From the NCBI GenBank assembly GCA_000934665.2, contig JYFJ02007101.1, positions 1 to 33,686 of the forward strand: a stretch of 33,686 nt of DNA, read 5' to 3'. This document shows, in pieces, positions 11,126-22,861 of the stretch. The DNA is from Catajapyx aquilonaris. Taxonomy: Eukaryota. The notes beneath the pieces were generated by a model. The model did not search any database, had not been told where the DNA came from, and saw nothing but the letters and a program-made list of their open reading frames with translations. The first letter of the stretch is position 1; every line of letters begins with the position of its first letter. The position numbers were made by a program, and so were the translations under genes.

Positions 11126-11959
11126 TTGCTGATGATTAATTCCAGTTTCATTCCAAAGAACAAGCCTTGCTGTCCACTACAACCTTCTTCAATTTATTTG
11201 TTCCAAGTACAAAATAGTTTTGGTCCGACCACGGATCATTGTGGTTACAACATGACATTGCCGCTGCCCAAGTAGAAAATTAAATAAATAGAAATCATAG
11301 GAAGTTCATACAGAGAGTACATTTTCAATTATTGTCTACGTCTCCGTACACTATAGGCTAGTCTTTTACTGGACGGACACATTGGTTATTAAGAACTTGC
11401 GATGCACCCATCAAATGTTTCATCCAAAGACATTTTCCGAGCAGCTGAAGTGACAGCATTAGAACCAACAAAATGCAAAAAGAGCAGACAATATTGCTTG
11501 CTACTTACAATTCCAATTGTAGACACAGGGTGTTAAAAAACCAAAGATATCATTTTCGAAAGTTGCAACTGCCGCGCAGAGGCATCTGCCCCAGCAATGG
11601 ACCAGATGAGTCAACTTAAGGACATGTAAATACTGGACTCGGACATGTTCTGTACCAATGACTTCATTACTTCCCATGACAGCATTTAGCAAGTTAAATG
11701 ACGGGGGATAAATAATTAAACAAATAAGAATATGGCACTTGGAAGATGTAACAAAAATCTCTGACTGGTTTGATGAGCATACGTATGTGGCCAACTATGA
11801 ATCGGGTCATACTTTCCACAGTCCTTGCACCACACAAGGGTGGTCCTGCATGGGCTGCTGCAAACCGGATTTTTCAGTGAAGCCTTTCTTACAGAGTATT
11901 CACACAAAAGCAGGATCTTTGGCATGCACTGCCATGTGCCTGTCCAATACATGCCTGCG

Positions 11960-12179
11960 TATCCCTGCCGATACTGTGTGAGCTGGCAGAAGAGACCCGT
12001 CGCTGGGTCGTCCGCGTCACTCCCTCCATTTGTGAACAGTGGCTACAATGGAAGCACTCTCCATGAGCTGATGTTTGAATTGGCCCGCCAGACAAGGTTG
12101 CCAGGTAACGGGCTACAACATAAGCAGCTTAGGCCGAATTTGTCAATAACTAAAAGGACAAAAAAGTTTGATCACCCTG
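11960..12179 (-). mobile_element. Tc1/mariner-like terminal fragment
   Basis: Non-paralogous DNA ending ...TTTGATCACCCTG|TA (minus strand TA|CAGGGTGATCAAA), joined to host TATATGTGCTTGTTGCC. The other end is missing. Confidence 0.5.
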
Positions 12180-12885
12180 TATATGTGCTTGTTGCCAGTG
12201 CGTCATGTTTTCCAGACTAATTCTAAACGCAAGCCGTCTTAGCAGATCATGCTCGCAAACCAGATTGTACCTGATGCGAAGAGACATGTTGAGATCCCCA
12301 GGATGGTTGGCGAACATGATTCTCACCCGCACTATCTTTCTTCCTGTCCTCCTGTGAAAAAGAGGCATCGTAGAGTCTGGTATCAAGTTATCTGGTACAA
12401 GAACTTGACGCACAACCATTTACCTCGCCATGAGGCTGTTGCTTAATACTGGTGTCGTCAGGGATGTCCTGCTCCTCCTCCGCAGCCTGTTGCGACTCCC
12501 ACTCATCCTCAACCTCCACTTTGACGCACCTCACAGGCACAAACCCTTGTTCTTGCGGCGGTTGTGGCGGCAACTCCTGATAGGCAACTCCTCATAGTTT
12601 ATCTCAGTTTAGCAGCAGAAGTAAAGGCAACTAAGGTCATAAGACCGAAATGTAAGGTTTTTTACTAAAGTAGAGAGGTTGTGAAAGTCCTATGCCACAG
12701 AGACAATCAAGCAAATATTTTTTACAAATCACCTGTGCAAATGAATATGATTTGGCTAGAAAAAAATGGTCTGGGTATCAGTAATGAGAGTAGAAATGAT
12801 TGCTAATAATATTTGTTGCAAAAGCACTAACAGTAAATGCGTCTTATTCGACGAGCTTGATTGAATCTGCGCAAACATTAATTTA

Positions 12886-13035
12886 TCGTACTGGATGGCA
12901 CATAAGAAGCACCCCCATTTCGGCAGGACATATTCAATAGAGAAGTTCTTCGTGTATTTTCGCACATATGTAGAGGGTTCTTTCTTGAGCAATTTTTGGG
13001 GGAAAAAAGTCTCTCTTATATGCCGTCAAATACGG
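12886..13035. mobile_element. pogo/Tigger-like MITE copy
   Basis: Paralog of 2106-2260. Right TIR TCTTATATGCCGTCAAATACGG|TA. Confidence 0.7.
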
Positions 13036-15645
13036 TAATTAAAATTGCAGTGGGCATCGTTGCCAGATATTCAAACTAATTGATGGCTCTGCCAGCCATC
13101 AGGGCATATTTATCAATAGTGAACTTAACAACCTGCATTTCTAACGATGCCATAGATTTGCACGAAATAAAATCAGTATGCGCATAATATTCACCTTGGC
13201 TGTAATTACTTGGCTCACGTTAAGAAGTGCTCCTGGTGGTTGTTGCTCCGAGATTTGCATGGCAGTGCTGCAAGAAGGCTGGCTCCACTCTTCATGCCCT
13301 GGCACCAGAGGCGTCGAGCCCTCTTCCTACGAAAGGTTAACGTAAAATATATATTCGACAACACGTGCTTCAAGAGCTTGTTCCCAGTGCGTCATGCTTT
13401 GCAGACTAATTCTGGACGCAAGGAGATCATGGTCGCAAACTAGATTGTACCTGATGCGAAGAGACATCATGAGCTTCCCAGGACGGTTGGAGCACGTGAT
13501 CCTCACCCGCACTCTCTTCCTTCCAGTCCTCCTGTGACAAGAAGTATCGTAGTGTCTGATATCACGTTATACCTAAGGTGACGCACAATTTACCTCGCCA
13601 TGAGGCTGTTGCTTAACAGTGGTGTCGCCAGGGATGGCCTGCTCCTCCTCCGCAGCCTGTTGCGACTCCCACTGGTCCTCAACCTCCACTTTGACGCACC
13701 TCACCAGCACTTCTTCTTGCGGCGGTTCTTCCGGCAACTCCTGACAGTGCGCTTCACATGCAGGCGGCTCTGGAATTGAGCGGCACAGCGTTGATCCTAC
13801 AAAGTGCAAACGGGACATATCAATGGAACCCTTGCGCTAATGCGCTTGTGTTGCTGTGAAGGGATGACCCACCGTCCCTCCCCGTGGCGTCTGCTGCTGT
13901 CCCACCACCACCAGCGGCGGCCTCCCTCCTCCTCCGGCCGGCCATCCCTTCCCATGGTGGCCCTTCCCCCGCCCGGAGGAGGTCCTCCATCTTCCCCAGC
14001 AGCCTCCTCTCCATCTCCTCCATCCGGACCTCCATCTGGCCCAGCAGCTTCCAGGACACCTGGTCCCACCTGGACACCAGCCCTTCCAGGAGGAGCCTGT
14101 TCCCCTCCACCGCGCCCAGCACCAGCCCCACACTGCCGACCATCTCCTGCTGGCCCATCGTCTCCATCCCTCTCAATTAGTATAACGCCCTAATTAATAA
14201 TTATAGCCAATTAATTAGCAGCTCCTGGAGAAGAGAGAGAGAGAGAAAATGTCTGGAGATTTCACTAGTTCATTGAATTCAAACTGTCCTTTTCATTTAT
14301 TTAATTATACTTCATCATCATTTACTTCACGGCATAAATCCCGTGTACATGGGTAGCCAGCGGAGTCCAGGTTACAGGTGACAATTGCAATTATTGCACA
14401 TCATGACGTCATTTACTCAACTAACACGTACATGAAATAATTCTCCAATTGTACGATTGCTGATTAATTCCAGTTTCATTCCAAAGAACAAGCCTTGCTG
14501 TATACTGCAATCATCTTCAATTTATTTGTTCCAAGTACAAAATAGTTTTGGTCCGACCACGGATCATTGTGGTTACGAAAATGACACTGCCGCTGCCCAA
14601 GTAGAAAATTAAATAAATTGAGGGCATTGGAAGTTCATCCAGAGAGTACGTTTTCAATTATTGTCTACGTACATTCTAGTCGCATACAACCCCAGCAGTG
14701 TATCCGAAGTGCAGCAAAAGATTTAATGATCTTCAAAAATGAGAGAACTGCGACTTTAAAAAAGACAATAATGAATCTGAGAAAATGCAATGCTGCTCAT
14801 TGTCACGCAGAATACGAAAATGTTCTGTCGCAATTTTAAAAAAAACCTTTAAAGTTTAATAGATCAAACAGACACAAATTATAATACTTTTTAACGTGAT
14901 TGGCAAAAAAAACCTGATGTGATTTGACTCAAGTGCAGCCTGCACTTGAGTCAAATGCAAAATCGTCTCTGTTTGTGAGTGATATAGTACATGTGTACCT
15001 GCTGCAAGATGTATCCAGTTCGATTTCATACTGCACATGATTTTTTAGAATCTGGCATTACATGAGTGCATGATTTTAATAATAAATATATCAGAAGTTT
15101 TCGATCAACTGCATGAATCAACATGGACGGAAACATTGGTTTTTAAGAACTTATGATGAACCCATCAAATGTTTCATCCAAACACGTTTTCCGAGCAGCT
15201 GATGTGACAGAATTAGAAACAACAAAAACGCAAAAAGAGCAGATAATATTGCGTGCTACATACAATACCAATTGTAGACACTGTTTTTAAAAACCAAGGA
15301 TATTCTTTTGAAAAGTTGCAACTACTGCGCAGAGGCATCTCCCGCAACATTGGGGAATATGAGTCAACGCGGAGGAGTTTAAATGCTGGACTCGGAGAAG
15401 TTCTGTGCCAATGACTTCATTACTTCCCTCGAGAGCATTTAGCATGTTCAATCAAGGTGGAAAAAAACTTGAAACATATGGCACTTGGAAGACGTAACAA
15501 AAATCTCTGACTGGTTTGAAGAACATACGTATGTGGCCAACTATGAATCGGGTCATACTTTCCACAGTCCTTGCACCACATAAAGGTGGTCCAGCAAGTG
15601 ATGCTGCAAATAGGACTTTTCATTGAAACGTTTCTTACACAGTAT

Positions 15646-16599
15646 TCACACAAAAGCCGGATCTTGGGCATGCACTGCCATGTGCTTGTCTAATCCCTGC
15701 TTGTGCGCAAACACTATGCAGCACACTGAGCAGGAAAAGGGTGTTTCTCCAGTGTGAGTTCGCGTGTGGACAACCAAGTTCGACTTTAATGTAAACCACT
15801 TTCCACACTCCAGGCAAGAAAAGGGTTTTTCTCCAGTGTGAATTCGAATGTGCCGGTTCAAGCTACACTTGCTTCTAAACCTGTTTCCACACTCAGTGCA
15901 AGAAAAGGGCCTTTCTCCCGTGTGAGTTCGCATGTGGACAACCAAGTTCGACTTTTCTGTAAACCACTTTCCACACTCAGTGCACGAAAAGGGTTTTTCT
16001 CCAGTGTGAGTTCGCATGTGCTTGTCCACGTGACACTTGCGTGCAAACGCCTTTCCGCACTCAGTGCATGAAGAGCGGTTTTCTCCTGCATGAGTTACCA
16101 TGTGCTGGTCCAAGTTGGACTTTCGTCTAAACCCTTTTCTGCATACAGCACATGAAAACAGCAATTCGTCTCTACTGTGAGAAAACATGTGGCTATCCAA
16201 TAGGCACTTTCGCTCAAATATCTTTTCACATACCCTGCAAGCGTATGTGAGGATTTTCATATGTTTCTCCAACAGGTCCTTTCGATAGAAGCCCTGATTA
16301 CACACGTCACATAAAAATTTCATATCACCGTGCACCTGGCTATGCAGAGTCAAATTCCATTTATACTTGAATAATTTGTTGCAGATCATGCACTGGTGTG
16401 GTCCTTCATTTGCGTGGACCCTCCTGTGAGACCTCAATTGGCGATCAGTTTTAAACAACTTCAAGCATACCTTACACGAAAAGACTTTCTGATTTACATT
16501 AGCGCTCTCTGGATTGTCCAACCGCTGTGCTTCTTCAGGTGCGGAGAATCCAGAAGGCAGCCCTCCTGCGGCATCGATTCCAGTTGGCGGTTCATCCTC
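15646..16599 (-). CDS. Orphan ZnF exon D (10 fingers; finger 3 has His>Leu)
   Basis: Open frame from an intact TTCTTTCAG acceptor at 16599. No E1-E5 lies between it and the 3' end of unit E. Confidence 0.65.
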   Translation of the reverse strand, partial: EDEPPTGIDAAGGLPSGFSAPEEAQRLDNPESANVNQKVFSCKVCLKLFKTDRQLRSHRRVHANEGPHQCMICNKLFKYKWNLTLHSQVHGDMKFLCDVCNQGFYRKDLLEKHMKILTYACRVCEKIFERKCLLDSHMFSHSRDELLFSCAVCRKGFRRKSNLDQHMVTHAGENRSSCTECGKAFARKCHVDKHMRTHTGEKPFSCTECGKWFTEKSNLVVHMRTHTGERPFSCTECGNRFRSKCSLNRHIRIHTGEKPFSCLECGKWFTLKSNLVVHTRTHTGETPFSCSVCCIVFAHKQGLDKHMAVHAQDPAFV

Positions 16600-16688
16600 C
16601 TGAAAGAAGCCAACATACTACATATTAGACCACACTGCTGTACGACTACATACACTCTTTCATTTGTCTCTGCGCAAACATTAATTTA

Positions 16689-16837
16689 CCATATTTAAGG
16701 CACATAAGACGCACCCCCATTTCAGCAGATCATATTCAGGAAAAGAAAAGTTCTTAAGTGTAATTTCGCATATGCAGGGCGATTTCTTGATGAATTTTTG
16801 GGGGGTGAAAGTGTCTCTTATATGCCGTCAAATATGG
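16689..16837. mobile_element. pogo/Tigger-like MITE copy
   Basis: Paralog of 2106-2260. Confidence 0.65.
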
Positions 16838-17796
16838 CAATTAAAATTGCAGCGAACAGTAACTATACATATTGGGCATCATTGCCAGATAATAAAAATA
16901 ATTGACGGCTCTGCCAGCCATCGGGGTGTGTTTATGAATAGCGACCTTAACAACCTGCATTTCTATGCACAGTAAATAGAGGAAAATAACTGTGCTACAA
17001 ATATTATCAGCAACATATTGTAATTTTAAAAAGCTACAATACTACTTAAAATGAAACTTGCAAAGAACAAGCCTTCCTATCACTACAACCTTCAATTTAT
17101 TTGTTCCAAATACAAAATAGTTTTGGTCCGACCACAGATCGTTGTGGTTACAAAACGACACTGCCGCTGCCCAAGTAAAAAAAAGAAAAAAAAAGAGGTC
17201 ATAAGAAATTCATCCAGAAAGTACATTTTCAATTGTCCATGTACACTATAGCCTTTTACTGGACAGAAAAACATTGGCTTTTAAAAACTTACGGTAAGCC
17301 CATCAAATGTTTCATTCAAACACCTTTTCCGAGAAGCTGAAGTGACAGCATTCGAAACTACAAAAATGCAAAAAGAGAAGATAATATTGCTCGCTACTTA
17401 CAATACCAATTGCAGACACTGCGTTTTAAAAAACCAATGATATTATTTTGGAAAGTTGCAACTGATGCGCAGAGGCATCTGCCGCAACATTGGGGAAGAT
17501 GGGTCAACGCAGAGGATATTTAAATGCTGGACTCTAACCAGTTCTGTATGAATGACTTCATTACTTCTCATGACAGCATTTAGGAAGTTAAATTAAAGGG
17601 GGGAAAACACTTGAAACACAAGAGAATAAGGCACTTGGAAGATGTAACAAAAATCTCTTGACTGGTTTGATGAGCATACATATGTGGCCAACTATGAATC
17701 GGGTCATACTTTCCACAGTACTTGCACCACACAAAGGTGGTCCTGCATGTGCAGCTGCAAAACGGATTTTTCATTGAAGCCTTACTGACACAGTAT

Positions 17797-20700
17797 TCAC
17801 ACAAAAGCCAGATCTTTGGCATGCACTGCCATGTGCCTGTCCAATCCATGCTTGTGCGCAAACCCCTTGCAGCACACCTTACAAGAAAAGGGCCTTTCTC
17901 CCGTGTGAGTTCGCATGTGACGGTCCAAGCCATACTTGCTTCTAAACCCCTTTCCACACTCAGTGCACGAAAAGGGTTTTACTCTCGAATGAGTTCCCGT
18001 GTGCTGGTCCAAGTGGCACTTTTGTCTAAACCCTTTTCTGCATACAGTACATGAAAACAGCGCTTCTCCAGTGTGAGAAGACATGTGGCTATCCAATAGG
18101 CACTTTTGCTCAAACGTCATTTCACATACCCTGCAAGAGTATGTGTGGGTTTTCTTATGCTTCCCCAACAGGTCCTTACGATAGAAGCCCTGACTGCACA
18201 CATCACAAAAAAAATTCCTTTCGCCGTGCACCGCGCTGTGAAGAGTCAAATTCTTTTTACGCTTGAAAGATTTCTCGCATATCATGCACTGGTGTGGTCC
18301 TTCATTTGGGTGGACCCGCATGCGAGACCTTAATTCGCAACCAGTTTCAAACAACTTCAAGCATACGTTACAAGAAAAGACTTTCTGATTTACATTAGTC
18401 CTCTCGTCATTGTCCAAATGGTGTGCTTCTTCAGGTGCTGGGAATCCATAAGGCAGCCCTCCTGCGGTATTGATTCCAGTTGGCGGTTCATCCTCCTGAA
18501 AGAAGCCAACATACTGTATATTAGAACACACTGCTCTACAACTATGTATAGTCTTTCATTTGTGTGCAGCTGAGGGGGAGGCACGGTGGCCGAGATGGTA
18601 ACGTCTCGGCTTGCTATGCGAAAGGTCCCGGGATCAAATCCCCACCCGGGAGCAAACATTTCGCTTGCATCAATGGGTCGTGACCCGCGCCTAAGGAGGC
18701 GTCTTGGCAACCTGACCTCCTGGGGGGACTGCACCTGGCCCACCGCTGGACAATGCACCTGCACATGTGTCCCCTCCCCAAACCCTCCAACCCTTACCCC
18801 ATTTCCTAGTATTCTTTGCACCGGAGTCCGAAGATAAATACCAAGAAAACTGTATGGTGGTCTGCCACCTGCTTTCCGACTACATAGAGTCTTTCATGCA
18901 TGACTCTTTAAGATGCGATTAAGTTTAAACAACTTCAGGCATACCTGATATGAAAACTCTTCCTGATCGTATGAGTTGTGTTGCATATTCAGTACTCTCT
19001 CATTCTCCATCATGCCAAATAGCTGCTCTTCCATGCTGCTTCCTTCTTGCGGATACTCCTGAAAATATCAGTCATGTACAGTACACGGTCAATCGCATGC
19101 AAAAATGAATGCCACAAGTCCTTCCTTCACACCTCAATAATGAAGATGCCTATGAATTTGCATCCTTCTGTATGAGTCGTTGGCAATGTCATTATTTTAT
19201 TATAAAAATCCTGATTAACAGTACTGTCTTGGCTTGTTCATTAACAAAGGTTCTGAAGAAGCCATAAATTTGCACACACAAAAAAAAGCAGTCATGTGCA
19301 TATTCACCTTGGCTGTAATTACTTCGCTCACGTTAAGAAGCGCTCCTGGTGGTTGTTGCTCCGAGAAACTGTCGGCTGTTTGCATGGCAGTGCTACAAGA
19401 AGGCAGGCTCTCTTCATGCCCTGGCACCAGAGGCATCGAACCCGCTTCCTACGAAAAGTTAAAGTAAAATATATTTTCGACAACACGTGCTTCAAGAGCT
19501 AATTTGTCTTATTCTTAAGAGTCCTCTACAACCTGAGAAAGCTTTTTCCCCTTCTGGATTCCAAATTTTGAAGCTATCCAGGGTTCACAGGGGGAATTTT
19601 TTGGCCTCCGAGAAGTGTCAAAAAAAAATTCATTTTGCTACGTAACATCGGCAACTACTCAAAAAATGACAGTTTTCCTTGTTCTTCTTGCAATAAAAAT
19701 TACACAATGAAGATAGGTACACAACTCGCATATATGTTACCGATATTTCAACAAGCTTCTTATGATCAATACAGTTATTTTTTGGAGCATTTTCCTGGAA
19801 GTTATTTAGAGTCAAACACAAGGGTCATTATTTTAAAAAATGGATAGTAGGCAGTTGTCTATAGAGCGGCAGATTTCAAGGGTCAGTGCCATTCGAAAGA
19901 GACTCTCTGACTCCTTCGGCACTGCTTCTTACCAATTTAAAATAATTTTGCTTACCATCGCGCTGAGAGCAGGCTTTAAAAATCCAGATTTCGTTAAATT
20001 TCTGAATTTTTATTGGCCAAAATAATAGATATTTTAAAAAACTGACAAGCAGCGATGACAGAGGGACATCTTCTAAGCTTATAACAATTTTTATATTAGA
20101 AGTCGGTGTCAAATTACGGAAGAAAATAGTAGACCACGAGGTGTGTTTTCAGAGGTGAAACTCGGGGGTATAAAGGACTCTTAAGTAATATGTGCTTGTT
20201 GCCAGTGCGTCAAACTTTGTAGACAAATTCTAAACACAAGCAGTTCATGCTCGCAAACTAGATTGTACCTGATGCGAAGTGCCATCATGAGATTCCCAGG
20301 ATGGTTGGCGAACATGATTCTCACCCGCACTCTTTTCCTCCCAGTCCTCCTGCGAAAAGAAGCATCGTAGTGTCTGATATCACGTTATACCTAAGGTGAC
20401 GCACAATTTACCTCGCCATGAGGCTGTTGCTTAACAGTGGTGTCGTCAGGGATGGCCTGCTCCTCCTCCGCAGCCTGTTGCGACTCCCACTGGTCCTCAA
20501 CCTCCACTTTGACGCACCTCACCAGCACTTCTTCTTGCGGCGGTTCTTCCGGCAACTCCTGACAGTGCGCTTCACATGCAGGCGGCTCTGGAATTGAGCT
20601 GTACAGCGTTGATCCTACGAAGTGCAAAGAGTACATATCAATGGAACCCTTGCGCTTGTGTTGCTGTGAAGGGATGACCCACCGTCCCTCATCCCCGTGG

Positions 20701-20980
20701 CGTCTGCTGCTGTCCCACCACCAGCGGCGGCCTCCCTCCTCCTCCTCCGGCCGGCCATCCCTTCCCATGGTGGCCCTTCCCCCGCCCAGAGGAGGTCCTC
20801 CAGCTTCCCCAGCAGCCTCCTCTCCATCTCCTCCATCCGGACCTCCATCTGGCCCAGCAGCTTCCAGGACACCTGGTCCCACCTGGACACCAGCCCTTCC
20901 AGGAGGAGCCTGTTCCCCTCCGCCGCGCCCAGCACCAGCCCCACACTGCCGACCATCTCCTCCTGGCCCATCATCTCCAT
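17797..20980 (-). CDS. C2H2 ZnF gene unit E (about 511 aa, 7 fingers; finger 1 has His>Arg), all six exons open
   Basis: Exons 20980-20683, 20614-20412, 20349-20269, 19448-19308, 19058-18945, 18495-17797, with canonical splice sites and phases. Confidence 0.8.
18573..18876 (+). mobile_element. tRNA-derived SINE (second family), apparently 3'-truncated, in intron 5 of unit E
   Basis: A box TGGCCGAGATGG at 18587-18598 and B-box-like GGATCAAATCC at 18631-18641. Absent from paralogous introns. No tail seen. Confidence 0.75.
19519..20180. mobile_element. TTAA-flanked non-autonomous DNA transposon (Kolobok-like) in intron 3 of unit E
   Basis: TTAA|GAGTCCT ... GGGTATAAAGGACTC|TTAA, with TTAA at 19515-19518 and 20181-20184. 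Termini start with purines. Confidence 0.65.
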
Positions 20981-21168
20981 CGCTCTCAATTAGTATAATG
21001 CCCTAATTAATAATAATTAGCCGATTAATTAACAGCTCCTGGAGAAGAAAGAGAGAGAGAGAAAATGCACGTGGCAACTGGCACGTGGAAAATGTCTGGA
21101 GATTTCACTAGTTCAATGAGTTGCCGAGTGGGGGCAGCAAGTGACACTCAGGGTTTGGCCGATCCCGT

Positions 21169-21216
21169 TTTGGACCAAAGATGGCGGACAGTGTATGCCG
21201 CCATGTTTGGTCCAAA
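21169..21216. promoter_or_regulatory. Inverted repeat with paired YY1/Pho-like motifs (unit E)
   Basis: TTTGGACCAAAGATGGCGG-N10-CCGCCATGTTTGGTCCAAA; 18 of 19 positions pair. Confidence 0.5.
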
Positions 21217-21272
21217 TAAGAATGGCGGTCAAATTCAAACTGTCTCTTTTATTTCATCCATTATACTTACTA

Positions 21273-21500
21273 CTAGCAGAGGAGCCCGTTGTTCGCACGG
21301 CCTGTTTCCATGGTGATCACCAATAAAATGCTGTTGCCATGAGCAAACAAAGAAACTTTGCAGTACATACGTAGACATGATCAAAACATGTTATTTATTT
21401 ATTAATTTATAGCAGCTAACCCGTGTGCAGTGTCATTTATTAGTCACTGTGTAGCAGAGGAGCCCCGTTCTTAACATGACCTGTTCCCATAGACATCCCG
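21273..21500 (-). mobile_element. Possible degraded Helitron-like 3' end
   Basis: A|CTAGCAGAGGAGCCCGTTGTTCGCACGG with a weak hairpin. The paralogous site at about 31612 reads TACTTACTA|TTT. The other end is not defined. Confidence 0.35.
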
Positions 21501-22276
21501 TTGTCATGGGGAATTTTGGACAAGCAAACCAACAAATCATGCCTTTTATACTATTATATAATTATATGCAGTTTATTATCTTTAAAGTATTTATATTTTA
21601 TTCGTTCATTCATTTACTTAGTCATTTATTTACATTTTCTTCATTCATGCGCATGTTCTGTCATGTATTATTAATAATTGTTTCGGCTTGTCCATTGCCA
21701 GCCTGGCACGTGGCTTAATCATTACGAATATTGCTCGTACACCGTCCTTAAAATGAAACTCCCCAGACCAACTCTCCCTATACAATTGATCAATTTATTT
21801 GTTCCAAGTAAAAATTAGTTTTGGTTGGACCACAAACCATTGTGATTACAAAACAACAAAGCCTGGTACACTAGGTAAAAATATTTGAGGTCATATAAGA
21901 AGCTCATACAGAAAGTACATAAGACAGGGGGAGGAGGCAGTCTTGAATTACCCGCAACAGTCTAATGGCAGTGCAGTGAAAGTATTAATGCGCTTTAAAT
22001 TAGAGTGTTGCATCTTTAAAAAAAAACAATAATGAACGTAAAGGTTTGAACTGAGAAATCGGATGTTGCTCATTTTCGTATGTAAGGTGAAATTCTCACT
22101 CGGACAATAAACCTGTCAAGGACCCCTTGTGATCAAACGCAAATATTAAAATACTTAAATACATTAATTACTTTAATTCTACATTGTAAACACTGCTGTA
22201 ATGGATACCCTTTGATAAGCCTCCTTGGGCTTTTTAATCATTGCCTTTGCACTTGCACCGGTGTCCCCTGCACCGG

Positions 22277-22289
22277 AGAGGGAGAGAGG

Positions 22290-22325
<36 letters not shown>

Positions 22326-22326
22326 N

Positions 22327-22369
<43 letters not shown>
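22277..22369. repeat. (GA)n microsatellite containing an N
   Basis: Directly visible; N at 22326. Confidence 0.95.
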
Positions 22370-22374
<5 letters not shown>

Positions 22375-22861
22375 TCTGGAAGAAAAAATTAGCATAGAAA
22401 ATGGAGGTAATATCCCCCCTACATTGATTACAGTCCCAAGGGGTACCACAATAATAATAAAATTAATTAATTAAAAAAAAACACAGCTTTAAAAAAAAAC
22501 CAAAGATATTATTTTGAAAAGTTCCCACTGCGGCGCAGAGGCATCTGCCGCAGCAATGGAGAAAATGAGTCAAAGTAGAGGACATTTAAATGCTGGACTC
22601 GGCCAAGTTCTGTGCCAATGACTTCATTACTTCCCATGACAGCATTTAGCATGTTCAATTAAGGGGGGGAAACACTTGAAGCACAAGAGAATATGGCACT
22701 TGGAAGATGTAACAAATATCTCTTGACTGGTTTAAAGAACATACGTATGTGGCCAACTATGAATCGGGTCATACTTTCCACAGTACTTGCACCACACAAA
22801 GGTGGTCCTGCATGTCCTGTTGCAAAACAGATTTTTCAGTGAAGCCTTTCTTACACAGTAT

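Larger units (their letters stand above)
11900..14167 (-). pseudogene. Rearranged unit X: intact E1-E4, extra diverged E2'/E3', ZnF exon almost entirely deleted
   Basis: E1 14167-13873, E2 13796-13594, E3 13531-13451, E4 13326-13195. Second partial E2 at about 12576-12424 and E3 at 12351-12271. Only HVLDRHMAVHAKDPAFV* of E6 survives, at about 11900-11955. Confidence 0.75.

Noticed and set aside
11351..11362. TA-GGC-TA at the site paralogous to the mariner MITE, as an excision footprint
   Set aside because: The three bases do not match the MITE ends (CGA/GTG). Slippage is as likely.
14690..14830. Weak similarity to about 21950-22100
   Set aside because: AT-rich and too degenerate to support by eye.
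17722..18333. Antisense and off-frame ORFs over ZnF exons
   Set aside because: Expected by-product of ZnF codon usage and 84-bp periodicity.
18580..18655. tRNA gene
   Set aside because: A and B boxes are present, but there is no convincing cloverleaf and the sequence continues into a SINE body. The same applies to 1865-1937.
22326..22326. N as a join between two haplotypes duplicating the cluster
   Set aside because: Units F-H are not a colinear repeat of A-E. Long-read validation is still advisable.
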